From an uncultured Actinomycetes bacterium (GTDB lineage Bacteria > Actinomycetota > Actinomycetes > Jiangellales > Jiangellaceae): a stretch of DNA of 64,000 bases. The DNA is taken from assembly GCA_964356295.1 (NCBI GenBank), contig CAYHHE010000001.1, positions 23,908 to 87,907 on the forward strand. The letters are read 5' to 3'. The number at the start of each line of letters is the position of its first letter. The stretch's first letter is position 1. Of this stretch, positions 40,201-49,160 are shown piece after piece. Below the pieces are notes generated by a model that made no database searches, had not been told where the DNA came from, and saw only the letters and a program-made list of their open reading frames with translations. A program made the translations under genes and the position numbers.

Positions 40201-40896
40201 GTGGCCGATCAGCACCACCTCACGATCCCCAGCGGCAGCCTCGCGCTGCGCGCGACGGTCGTCCTCCCGGAGCAACCGTCCGGTGCCGGGGTGCTGTTCG
40301 TCCACGGACTCGGCAGCGACCGTCGTACCAACGTCGAGCGTGCCCACGCCGTTGCCGAGCAGCACGGCATTACCGGCCTGGCTGTGGACCTCGGCGGCCA
40401 TGGGGACAGCACCGGAGCGCTCTCGCAGATGACGCCCCGCCAGAACCTGGCCGACGTCGTCGCGGCGTTCGACGCGCTGGCGTCGCGACCCGGGGTCGAG
40501 GCCGCCCGCCTCGGGGTGTGTGCAGCCAGCTACGGCGCCTACCTGTCGGTGCTGCTGAGCCGGGAGCGCGCCGTCGCGAGACTCCTGCTGCGGGCACCGG
40601 CGCTGTACTGCGACGACCGGCTGGACTCCCCGCTGTCCACCCGCGGGCGCGGCGACCCTGAGTGCTCGAAGGCCTTCCTCGGCGTCCTGTCCCAGGTCGC
40701 CACCCCCATCCTCGTTGTCGAGTCCGAGCACGACGAGGTGATCCCTCCGCGGGTCATCCAGACCTACCTCAGCGCCCGGCCCGGCACACGACGGGAAGTG
40801 CTCCCCGGCGCCGCGCACGCGCTGACCGACCCCTCCTGGCGCGCGGTCTTCCAGCAGATGGTGCTCGACTTCTTCGCCGATCTCGCCTCGCGTTGA
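40201..40896 (+). CDS. alpha/beta hydrolase (dienelactone-hydrolase/S9-like)
   Basis: VLFVHGLGSD, nucleophile-like AASYGAY, C-terminal PGAAHAL. In frame with the track ORF ending at 40896. GTG 40201 or 40195. Confidence 0.7.
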   Translation: MADQHHLTIPSGSLALRATVVLPEQPSGAGVLFVHGLGSDRRTNVERAHAVAEQHGITGLAVDLGGHGDSTGALSQMTPRQNLADVVAAFDALASRPGVEAARLGVCAASYGAYLSVLLSRERAVARLLLRAPALYCDDRLDSPLSTRGRGDPECSKAFLGVLSQVATPILVVESEHDEVIPPRVIQTYLSARPGTRREVLPGAAHALTDPSWRAVFQQMVLDFFADLASR

Positions 40897-40921
40897 GCCG
40901 CCCGGGCTGTCTGCCCCAGGT

Positions 40922-41007
40922 GGTGATCCACGGCGGATCTGGTGCGCTGGGCCGGTGATCCACGGCGGATCTGGTGCTCTGCGGGCACCGAATCCGCCGT
41001 GGATCAT
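40922..41007. repeat. two direct 24-bp repeats plus one inverted copy (strong hairpin) between convergent genes
   Basis: GGTGATCCACGGCGGATCTGGTGC at 40922-40945 and 40954-40977. Inverted copy GCACCGAATCCGCCGTGGATCAT at 40985-41007. The stem has 15 perfect bp plus 5 bp, with loop TCTGCGG. Confidence 0.85.
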
Positions 41008-41102
41008 GGACGGGGAGCACCAACTCCTCCGACGATCATCGGACTTCTTCTGACGTGATCAGTTGGGGACGGGCGTGAGAGCTGGTCGGGGGTCCGCAGC
41101 GA

Positions 41103-42650
41103 CTAGCGCAGATCCTTCTTGAGGATCTTGCCGGTGGCATTCATCGGCAGCCCGTCCCGGAACTCCACGATCCGCGGGTACTTGTGCGCGGCCATCTGCT
41201 CCTTGGCCCAGGTCACCAGCTCGTCCTCGGTCACCTGCGCGCCGGCCGCCCGGATCACGTACGCCTTGACCTCCTCGCCGTACTGGTCGTGCGGGACGCC
41301 GACCACCGCGGCGAGGCTGACCGCCGGGTGGGTTATGAGCACCTCCTCGACCTCCCGCGGGTAGACGTTGAAGCCGCCCCGAATGATCATGTCCTTGGCG
41401 CGGTCGACGATGTAGTAGTAGCCGTCGGCGTCGCGGCGGCCGATGTCTCCGGTGCGGAACCAGCCGTCACGCATGACCTCCGCGGTGGCGTCGGGCTTGC
41501 CGTAGTAGCCCTTCATCACGTGGTGCCCGCGCACGGCGATCTCACCGTCGGAGCCCTCCGGGACCGGCTTCCACTCCTCGTCCACCAGGGTCATCTGCGT
41601 GCCCCACGCCGGCAACCCGATCGACCCGGGGCGGGCTTGTCGGTCGGTGCGGCTGAACGAGGCCACCGGACTGGTCTCGGACAGGCCGTACCCCTCGAGG
41701 ATCTGGATCCCGAACCGTTCCTTGAACCCCTTGATGATCTCCACGGGCAGGGACGAGCCGCCGGCGCAGGCCATCCGCAGGTTGGCCGCGACCTTGTCCA
41801 GGTCGGCCTTGGTCTCGCCGGTGCTGAGCATGGCCCAGTACATCGTGGGGACGCCGGCGAAGTAGGTCACGTTCTCCCGGTCCATCGTCTCCAGCGCATC
41901 GACCGGGTCGAACCGGGCCATCAGCACGAGGGTGGCACCCATGGAGAACCCCGTGTTCATCTGCACGGTCTGAGCGAACGTGTGGAACAACGGCAGAGCG
42001 ACCAGGCTGATGTCGTGGTCGGTCACCGGCTGGCCGAACAGCTTCTCGCAGACGACCGTGTTCATCACCAGGTTGGAGTGGCTGAGCTCGGCACCCTTCG
42101 GTTGCCCGGTCGTGCCGCTGGTGTAGAGGATGACCGCGGTGTCGGTGGCGTCGGTGGCGACCGGTTCGAACACCGGCGACTGCCCGGCCATGAACTGCCC
42201 GAGGGTCGCGGTGCCCTCGATCGGCGAGGGTGCAGCCGGGTCCGGGGTGATCATGACGAACGCCTCGCAGTCCGGTGCGTTGCTGAAGCCGGCCCATCCT
42301 TCCTCGCCCATGGGCAGCTCGGGAGTCCCGGAGAAGCAGAAGTAGAACTTCGCGTCCGAGTCGGCGAGGTAGTAGGCGACCTCGCGAGCCTTGTTCAGCA
42401 CGTTGAGCGGAACGACAACCCCGCCTGCCTTGAGCACGCCGTAGTACACGATCGGGAAGTACGGCAGGTTCGGGCAGGTCAGGGCTACCTTGTCGCCGGG
42501 CTGCAGACCACCCTCCAGCAGAGCGTTCGCGACCTGGCTGGCAGCACCGTCGAGCTGGGCGTAGGTCAGGCGGGTCCCGCCGAGGACGACGGCGTCTCGG
42601 GTGGGGTAGTCGCGGGCGGAGGACTCCAGCAGGGCGGACAGGTTGAGCAC
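41103..42650 (-). CDS. fadD: long-chain fatty-acid--CoA ligase
   Basis: GTG 42650 (VLNLSALLE...). AMP-binding motif YTSGTTGQPKG. 515 aa. Confidence 0.9.
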   Translation of the reverse strand: MLNLSALLESSARDYPTRDAVVLGGTRLTYAQLDGAASQVANALLEGGLQPGDKVALTCPNLPYFPIVYYGVLKAGGVVVPLNVLNKAREVAYYLADSDAKFYFCFSGTPELPMGEEGWAGFSNAPDCEAFVMITPDPAAPSPIEGTATLGQFMAGQSPVFEPVATDATDTAVILYTSGTTGQPKGAELSHSNLVMNTVVCEKLFGQPVTDHDISLVALPLFHTFAQTVQMNTGFSMGATLVLMARFDPVDALETMDRENVTYFAGVPTMYWAMLSTGETKADLDKVAANLRMACAGGSSLPVEIIKGFKERFGIQILEGYGLSETSPVASFSRTDRQARPGSIGLPAWGTQMTLVDEEWKPVPEGSDGEIAVRGHHVMKGYYGKPDATAEVMRDGWFRTGDIGRRDADGYYYIVDRAKDMIIRGGFNVYPREVEEVLITHPAVSLAAVVGVPHDQYGEEVKAYVIRAAGAQVTEDELVTWAKEQMAAHKYPRIVEFRDGLPMNATGKILKKDLR

Positions 42651-42688
42651 GGGCAGCCTCCAGCGGCGGGTAGGTGGGGAGCCCTTGT

Positions 42689-45600
42689 CTACCCGGTCGT
42701 GCTCGCGGTCACCAGCCCTGCGGTGTCCGGGCCGACGTCGCGGGTGTGGAACTCCCCGGTGAACGAGACCGGCGCCCCCACAGCGACGGTGAACTCCTGG
42801 TCGTAGTGGCTGGCGGTCAGCGGGTCGCCTGACTCCAGGGTGTAGGTCGCTTGGTCTGCCTGGATGTCCACCCGCAGCAGCCTGCCGACGACGCGCACCG
42901 GGAAGCGCAACCGGCGGGCCCGGGTCGGCAGCATGGGTCGGAACGTGATGGCGTCCTTGCGCCACCGGAACCCGCCGAACCCGAACACCACCGCCATCCA
43001 GGCCCCACCGGCTGACGCGACGTGGACGCCGTCGCGCACGTTCCCTGCGGTGTCGGCCATGTCCACGGACATGGCGTCGATCAGGTACTCCTCGGCGGTA
43101 CGGAACTTGCCGACGTCGGCCGCGGCAATCGCCTGGATGCTCTCCGACAGCGACGAGTCACCCGTGGTCAGCGGGTCGTAGTAGTCGAAGATGCGGCGGC
43201 GCTCCTGCTCGGTGAACCGTCCGGGCAGCAGGACGGTGGCCAGCTCGACATCGGCCTGCTTGATCACCTGATGGCGGTAGATGACCAGCGGGTGGAAGTG
43301 CAGCAGCAGGGGGTACTGCTGCGGGGGGGTGCCGGCGAAGTCCCACGGCTTGAGGTCGAGGAACCCGTCGTCCTGGAGATGGACCCCGGCGTCGTGGTCG
43401 AAGGGCACATAGATGTTCGCCGCGGCGTGGCGCCAGGCGTCCACCTCGGCGAGATCCAGGCCGGTACGCGCCAGCAATCGCGTGTAGTCGGCTGGCGAGG
43501 TGTCCCGGACCCGGCCCACGGCGTCGGCGGCCATGCGCATGTTCTCCGCGGCCATGAGGTTGGTGTAGAGGTTGTTGTCCACCACGGTGGTGTACTCGTC
43601 GGGACCGGTGACCTTCTGGATGACGAACTTCCCGCCGTGGCGGTCGGAGAAGAACCCCAGGTCGGCCCACATCCGGGCGGTCTCGACCAGGACCTCGGCG
43701 CTGTGGCGAACCAGCATGTCGGCGTCGCCGGTCATTCGCACGTACTGGTCCATGGCGTAGGCGATGTCGGCGTCGATGTGGTACTGCGCCGTCCCGGCGG
43801 CGTAGTAGGCCGACGCCTCCGCCCCGCTGATGGTGCGCCACGGGAACAGCGCACCCGAGCAGCCGACCTCCCGGGCCCGGGCGCGGGCGTCGTCCAGCAT
43901 CTGCACGCGGTGCATGAGCAGGCTGCGGGCGGCCTCGGGGGAGGTGTGGATGAGGAAGGGCAGGACGTAGACCTCGGTGTCCCAGAAGTAGTGGCCCTCG
44001 TACCCGGTTCCTGTCAGGCCCTTGGCCGGCACGCCATGGCCCTCGGCCCGGGCGGTGGCCTGCAGCACGCTGAACAGGCTGAAGCGCATCGCCTGCTGGG
44101 CTGCCGGATAGCCCTCCCACTCCACGTCGCTGCGGTCCCAGAACGAGCGGACCTCCTTGGTGTGCGCGGCGAAGGCGGCGCGGTAGCCCAGCGCTCGAGC
44201 GCGGTACAGCGTCGCCTCTGCCCGGTACACCAGGTCGCTGGCGTCGTGGTCGCCGTAGTGGTAGGCCAGCCACTTGTACATGGTCACGGTGGTGTTGACC
44301 TCCGCCGTGACATCGAACACCACGCGCGCACGGTCGTCGTCCATGGTCGTGTTGACGTGCCGCACGGACGCGTCGAACTCGTGGTCCATGCCGGAGGCGA
44401 CGGTCAGGCCGCTGCTCAGCGTCCGGTATGCCCGGACGACCTTCGGGCCGTCCACCCGGTCCCCCTCGGGGGCGAGCACCTCGTCGCTGAACGTGCGGGC
44501 GCGCCGCTGGTCTCGGCTCGGCCCCGCCTGCTCGCCCTGCGAGGTCACCAGGTCGGAGGAGATGACCAGCCGAGCCGGCGCGTCGAGAGCGGTCACCTGG
44601 TACCGGATGCACGCCAGGTGCCGGTTGACCAGCGAGACGAAGCGCTTGGTGCGGACCCAGAACCGCCGGCCGTCGGGCACCTGGTAGACCACGGACCTGT
44701 CCACCGCGCCACGGCCCATGTCCAACGACCGCTCGAACTCCAGCACCTCCGTGGTCGTGCAGTCGACCGGGTCCTCGTCGAGGAACAGCCGGATCGAGGT
44801 CCCGTCGGGAACCCGCACGATCGTCTGGCCGGTCGTGGCATAGCCGTGGGCGCGCTCGGGGTACACGATCGGCCAGGTCTCGTGGAAGCCGTTGAGCAGC
44901 GTGCCCGGTTGGTAGGACGGCGATCCCTCCTCGAACGAACCCCGGATCCCCAAGAAGCCGTTGGCCACCGCGAACAGGGTCTCGGTCTGCTCGACGAAGT
45001 CGGGGTTGTAGGCCCTCTCGACCAGCCGCCAGGGGTCGGTGGGGTAGTCCCCGGTGGACGCGGTGATCCGCTTGGCGGCGGCCAGCAGCCGGTGCTCGGG
45101 GGGCCCTGCCCGGTGGATGTGCTCGGTGGGGGCGCTGACCAGCTCGCTGAGGTCGCTGACCACGATGTCCGCGCCCGCCTCCGCCAGGGCCTGGGCGTGC
45201 CCGTCCCGGTCGACCCCGACGACCAGCCGGAAGTTGCCGGCCCGACCTGCTCGGACGCCGGCGATCGCGTCCTCGACCACCGCGGTACGCCCAGGTTCGA
45301 CGCCGAGGCGGCGCGCCGCCTCCAGGAACATGTCCGGGGCGGGCTTGCCCGGCAGCTGCATCTCCAGGGCAGTGTCGCCGTCCACTCGGGCGTCGAACAG
45401 GTTGGTGATGCCGGCGAGGTCGAGGACCGTGGTGCAGTTGCGGCTGCTGGTCACCACCGCGGTCTTCATGCCGGCCTCGCGGATCTCCCGGACGTAGGCG
45501 ATCGAGCCTGGGAAGACCTCCACACCGACCTTCTCCAGCTCGGACTCCACCAGCAGCTGCTTGCGGTTGCTCAGCCCCCAGACGGACTCCTCCCCTTCAG

Positions 45601-45874
45601 GGGAGTCCGGTCTACCTTCGGGCAGCTCGATGCCCCGGGATCGCAGGAAGTCGCGCACCCCGTCCTGCCGGGGCTTGCCGTCGACGTGGGCGGCGTAGTC
45701 GTCGACGTCGTGGAAGGGCAACGTGGTGGTGCCGTGACGGGCGTCCCACGAGTCGAGGAAGGCGTCGAAGGTGTCCTTCCACGCCGCTGCATGCACGGAT
45801 CGGGTGGTGGTGAGGACGCCGTCGAGGTCGAACAGCACCGCTTCCAGCTCGGTCATCGCCGTGGCAGAGGGCAT
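42689..45874 (-). CDS. beta-phosphoglucomutase (HAD) :: GH65 glycoside phosphorylase fusion protein
   Basis: N-terminal HAD motif I LFDLDGVLT, plus GKPAPD and VEDAIAGV. This is followed by about 800 aa of GH65 (…YEGHYFWDTEVYVLPFL…). Single frame. ATG 45874 (alternative 45856). Confidence 0.85.
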   Translation of the reverse strand: MPSATAMTELEAVLFDLDGVLTTTRSVHAAAWKDTFDAFLDSWDARHGTTTLPFHDVDDYAAHVDGKPRQDGVRDFLRSRGIELPEGRPDSPEGEESVWGLSNRKQLLVESELEKVGVEVFPGSIAYVREIREAGMKTAVVTSSRNCTTVLDLAGITNLFDARVDGDTALEMQLPGKPAPDMFLEAARRLGVEPGRTAVVEDAIAGVRAGRAGNFRLVVGVDRDGHAQALAEAGADIVVSDLSELVSAPTEHIHRAGPPEHRLLAAAKRITASTGDYPTDPWRLVERAYNPDFVEQTETLFAVANGFLGIRGSFEEGSPSYQPGTLLNGFHETWPIVYPERAHGYATTGQTIVRVPDGTSIRLFLDEDPVDCTTTEVLEFERSLDMGRGAVDRSVVYQVPDGRRFWVRTKRFVSLVNRHLACIRYQVTALDAPARLVISSDLVTSQGEQAGPSRDQRRARTFSDEVLAPEGDRVDGPKVVRAYRTLSSGLTVASGMDHEFDASVRHVNTTMDDDRARVVFDVTAEVNTTVTMYKWLAYHYGDHDASDLVYRAEATLYRARALGYRAAFAAHTKEVRSFWDRSDVEWEGYPAAQQAMRFSLFSVLQATARAEGHGVPAKGLTGTGYEGHYFWDTEVYVLPFLIHTSPEAARSLLMHRVQMLDDARARAREVGCSGALFPWRTISGAEASAYYAAGTAQYHIDADIAYAMDQYVRMTGDADMLVRHSAEVLVETARMWADLGFFSDRHGGKFVIQKVTGPDEYTTVVDNNLYTNLMAAENMRMAADAVGRVRDTSPADYTRLLARTGLDLAEVDAWRHAAANIYVPFDHDAGVHLQDDGFLDLKPWDFAGTPPQQYPLLLHFHPLVIYRHQVIKQADVELATVLLPGRFTEQERRRIFDYYDPLTTGDSSLSESIQAIAAADVGKFRTAEEYLIDAMSVDMADTAGNVRDGVHVASAGGAWMAVVFGFGGFRWRKDAITFRPMLPTRARRLRFPVRVVGRLLRVDIQADQATYTLESGDPLTASHYDQEFTVAVGAPVSFTGEFHTRDVGPDTAGLVTASTTG

Positions 45875-45905
45875 CAGCGCCTCCAGGTGGGGAACACCTG
45901 TGAGG

Positions 45906-46757
45906 CTAGCCCGCGGAGCGCTCCGGTGCGGGGGATTCCGCCGAGCCGGTGCGCGCTCGGCGGGACCGGGTCGCCAGCAGCCATGCTCCCAGTGCGACCA
46001 GGGCGATGCTGCCGTACTGGGCACCGGTCAGACCCAGCAGCGTGGCGTCGTACTCGCGAAGGAAGTCGGTCAGGAATCGGAACGTGCCGTACCAGATCGA
46101 GAAGATCGCTGTCATGATGCCCGGAGCGGAGCCACGACGGTCGAGCAGGACGAGGATCACGATGATCGGCAACAGCCAGAGGATCTCGTAGAGAGCGGTG
46201 TTGTGATACGTGACCCCGACCTGCAGCGGCCCCTCGATCGTGACGCCGCCGAGATACGTCACGCCGAGGAAGAAGTCGGTCGGGCCGCCGAGGTGCTCGC
46301 CCACCGCGTAGCAGCCGACTCGTCCGATCAGCTGCCCGACGGCCAGGCCGAGCACCGCCCCGTCCAGGAAGTTCCATCGCATGCCGGCCGGCCACGAGCG
46401 GGTCAGCAGCGGAGCCAGCAGGGCGGCCGTGACGAACCCGCCGGTGAACTGCAGGCCGCCCTCCCAGACCGCGATCACGTCCACCGGGGTCTCGATCCGC
46501 TCGAGGTTGGTCAGCACCCAGGCGATACGGGCACCGACCAGCCCGGCGACGACGAGCCAGAAGCCCACCCGCTCGGTCTCCCCACGGGGCACCCCGTACC
46601 GCTCGTTGCGCCGCGCAGCGATCAGGATTCCGACGATCATCCCCAGGGCCACCATCAGCCCGAACACCCGGATGGTCAGCGGCCCGAGCTGGATGATCGG
46701 GAAGGTCTCGTAGGGGATCCCGGCCACCACGTCCACCCGACAACTGTAGGTGCCCAC
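45906..46757 (-). CDS. lgt: prolipoprotein diacylglyceryl transferase
   Basis: VWEGGLQFTGGF and GRVGCYAVGEH motifs, multi-TM. The start is ambiguous (GTG 46757, 46736, 46730 or 46727). Confidence 0.85.
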   Translation of the reverse strand: MGTYSCRVDVVAGIPYETFPIIQLGPLTIRVFGLMVALGMIVGILIAARRNERYGVPRGETERVGFWLVVAGLVGARIAWVLTNLERIETPVDVIAVWEGGLQFTGGFVTAALLAPLLTRSWPAGMRWNFLDGAVLGLAVGQLIGRVGCYAVGEHLGGPTDFFLGVTYLGGVTIEGPLQVGVTYHNTALYEILWLLPIIVILVLLDRRGSAPGIMTAIFSIWYGTFRFLTDFLREYDATLLGLTGAQYGSIALVALGAWLLATRSRRARTGSAESPAPERSAG

Positions 46758-46799
46758 CAGCCGAGCGTTCTCGGACCGGTCACGACGGGGGACGTGGCG

Positions 46800-47612
46800 A
46801 TGGGGGCGCTGCTGGCCGGCGGCCGGCTGGCCCGGCGCACCGCGCGCACGGTAGGCCGGATCACCGCCCCTGTCGTCCGTGCCGCCGTCGACCCCCCGCT
46901 CGTGCCTTACCGATGGCGTCCCATCCGCCGCCTCGAGCAGTGGGGCCAGGACTGGCGGGAGCGTCGGGGGCTGCTCGTCGAGGCCGGCGTCCGCGCTGGG
47001 AGCGAGGTCGCATCCCGGACCGCGCAGGAGGTCCTCCCGCTGGTGGACCTGACCTCGGTCGTCCAGGTGGTGCTCGACCGGCTGGACCTCGACGCCATCG
47101 CCACCAGTGCCCTGGACGACCTCGACCTGGGCGCGGTGGTCGACCAGGTCATCGACGAGCTCGACGTGAGCGTCGTGCTCGATCAGGCGTTGGGCGAGGT
47201 GGACATCACCGAGCTCGTCGTCGAGCAGGTCGACCTGGGGGCAGTGGTCCAGGAGGCGCTGGACGCCGTCGACCTCACCGGTGTCGTGCTCACCCGCGTC
47301 GACCTGGGCCAGGTCGTGACCGCGGCGCTGGACCAGCTCGACCTGACGCAGATCGTGCAGCAGCGGGTCGACCTGACCGAGATCGCGGAGCAGGTGGTCG
47401 AGGACATCGACCTTCCCGACATCATCCAGGAGTCGACCGGGTCGATGGCCTCCGAGGCCGTGCGGGCGGCCCGGATGCAGAGCGTGGACGCCGATGACGC
47501 GGTCTCCCGACTGGCCGACCGGCTGCTGCTGCGGGTACGCAAGCGCAGCGCCAAGACCGACGCGGTCCTGGAGGCAGAGACCGAGGCGACGTCCGAGGAC
47601 GGCTCGCGGTGA
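46800..47612 (+). CDS. hypothetical protein: basic N-terminus plus 11 acidic 13/10-residue tandem repeats
   Basis: ATG 46800, 270 aa, high GC3. Repeats each start with (V/L/I)-D-(L/V/I), at residues 82, 95, 108, 121, 134, 144, 157, 167, 180, 190 and 203. The stop overlaps the next start (GTGA at 47609-47612). I recognise no family. Confidence 0.6.
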   Translation: MGALLAGGRLARRTARTVGRITAPVVRAAVDPPLVPYRWRPIRRLEQWGQDWRERRGLLVEAGVRAGSEVASRTAQEVLPLVDLTSVVQVVLDRLDLDAIATSALDDLDLGAVVDQVIDELDVSVVLDQALGEVDITELVVEQVDLGAVVQEALDAVDLTGVVLTRVDLGQVVTAALDQLDLTQIVQQRVDLTEIAEQVVEDIDLPDIIQESTGSMASEAVRAARMQSVDADDAVSRLADRLLLRVRKRSAKTDAVLEAETEATSEDGSR

Positions 47613-48184
47613 CCCCCCGACCCGGGAACAGGGAGCCTGCGAACAGGGGGCCCGGGACCAGGGGCCTCGGGACCAGGGGCCTCGGGACCAGGGGTCTCGG
47701 GTGGGCCTCCACCGTGCCGCTGGAGGCCCGGGCCTTCCAGGGGCACCGGGCCGGCATCGTCACCCGGGTGCTGGCCAACACCATCGACCTCGTCATCGTG
47801 ACGCTGCTGCTCGGCGGGCTGTACCTCGGGTGGTCGGGACTGCGCTTCGTGCTGTCGCCGACCACGTTCAGCTTCCCGAGGGTGAGCTTCGGGCTCGTGC
47901 TGGTGGTGGGCGGGGCCCTGCTGTGGGCCAGCTTCGCGATCGCCTGGGCCACCACAGGACGAACCACCGGTGCGCGGATCCTGGGTATCCGGGTGGTCAA
48001 CCACAAGGGCCAACGGCTGCGGTGGAGTGGGGCGGCGGTCCGAGCGCTGTTCTGCGTGATGTTCCTGCCGGGCCTGTTCTGGGTGATCGTCAGCGGAGAG
48101 AACCGTTCGGTGCAGGACCTGGTGCTGCGGACGTCGGTGATCTACGACTGGACCAAGCGCCCGGCGGCGCCCGGGGAGAGGTGA
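47609..48184 (+). CDS. RDD family membrane protein
   Basis: 191 aa. RAGIVTRVLANTIDLVIV, 3 TM segments, C-terminal SVQDLVLRTSVI is RDD-like. The N-terminus is a Gly/Arg repeat. Confidence 0.75.
   Translation: MTPRPGNREPANRGPGTRGLGTRGLGTRGLGWASTVPLEARAFQGHRAGIVTRVLANTIDLVIVTLLLGGLYLGWSGLRFVLSPTTFSFPRVSFGLVLVVGGALLWASFAIAWATTGRTTGARILGIRVVNHKGQRLRWSGAAVRALFCVMFLPGLFWVIVSGENRSVQDLVLRTSVIYDWTKRPAAPGER
47624..47709 (+). repeat. 15-bp in-frame tandem repeat (about 5.7 units)
   Basis: Units GGGAACAGGGAGCCT / GCGAACAGGGGGCCC / GGGACCAGGGGCCTC x2 / GGGACCAGGGGTCTC / partial. Encodes PGNRE-PANRG-PGTRG-LGTRG-LGTRG-LG. Confidence 0.9.
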
Positions 48185-48230
48185 CCTCAGACCCCATGAC
48201 TGTCCTCCGCATGGCGGCTACAAGTGGGGC

Positions 48231-49160
48231 ATGGCGGTCATCGAGGTCACCGACCTGCACAAGTCCTACGGGGACGTCCGCGCAGTCGACGGGGTGAGCT
48301 GGCAGATCCAGCTCAAGGAGGTCGTCGCCCTGCTCGGCCCCAACGGTGCCGGCAAGACCACCGCGGTCGAGGTGCTGGAGGGGTACCGGCATCGAGACAG
48401 CGGCGAGGTGTCCGTGCTCGGGTTCGACCCCGCCTCGGGCGGCCGGGCGTACCGCGAGCGCATCGGCATCGTGCTCCAGGAGGCAGGGTTCGAGGACCAG
48501 TTCACCGTTCGCGAGCTCGTCCGGCTGCAGGCCGGCCTCTACCCCCACCCTCGGCCGGTGGACGAGGTCGTCGACATGGTCGGCCTTGAGGAGAAGGCCG
48601 ACGCCCGGGTCAAGACGCTGTCCGGAGGCCAGCGGCGCCGGCTCGACCTGGCGTTGGGGATCGTCGGTGATCCTGAGGTGCTTTTCCTGGACGAGCCCAC
48701 CACCGGTTTCGACCCGTCAGCCCGGCGGCGCGCCTGGGAGCTCGTCGACCGGTTGCGCGACCTCGGGACCACCATCCTGCTCACCACCCACTACATGGAC
48801 GAGGCTGAGCACCTGGCGGATCGGGTCGTCGTGCTGAACAAGGGAAAGGTCGTGGCCGAGGGGACGCCCGAGCATCTCGCGGCTCGTGCCGGGGCCGAGA
48901 CGGTGGTGTCCTTCCGGCTGCCCGACGACGTGGACCCAGGCGCGTTGCCGCGACTCGGGACCGGTCTGGAGATGGTCGGGACGACGGTTCAGCTGCGCTC
49001 GGCGCATCCGACCGCGGACGTGAACGCGTTGACCAGATGGGCGCTGGACCACAACGTCGAGCTCGCGGATCTGCTGCTCGCCCGGCCGAGCCTCGAGGAC
49101 GTGTACCTCGAGCTCACCGACGGCCAGATCGCTCAGGAGCCGGAGGCGGTGGACCGGTGA
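48231..49160 (+). CDS. ABC transporter ATP-binding protein (ABC-2/DrrA-type exporter)
   Basis: Walker A GPNGAGKTT, signature LSGGQRRRL, Walker B VLFLDEPTTGFD. Confidence 0.9.
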   Translation: MAVIEVTDLHKSYGDVRAVDGVSWQIQLKEVVALLGPNGAGKTTAVEVLEGYRHRDSGEVSVLGFDPASGGRAYRERIGIVLQEAGFEDQFTVRELVRLQAGLYPHPRPVDEVVDMVGLEEKADARVKTLSGGQRRRLDLALGIVGDPEVLFLDEPTTGFDPSARRRAWELVDRLRDLGTTILLTTHYMDEAEHLADRVVVLNKGKVVAEGTPEHLAARAGAETVVSFRLPDDVDPGALPRLGTGLEMVGTTVQLRSAHPTADVNALTRWALDHNVELADLLLARPSLEDVYLELTDGQIAQEPEAVDR

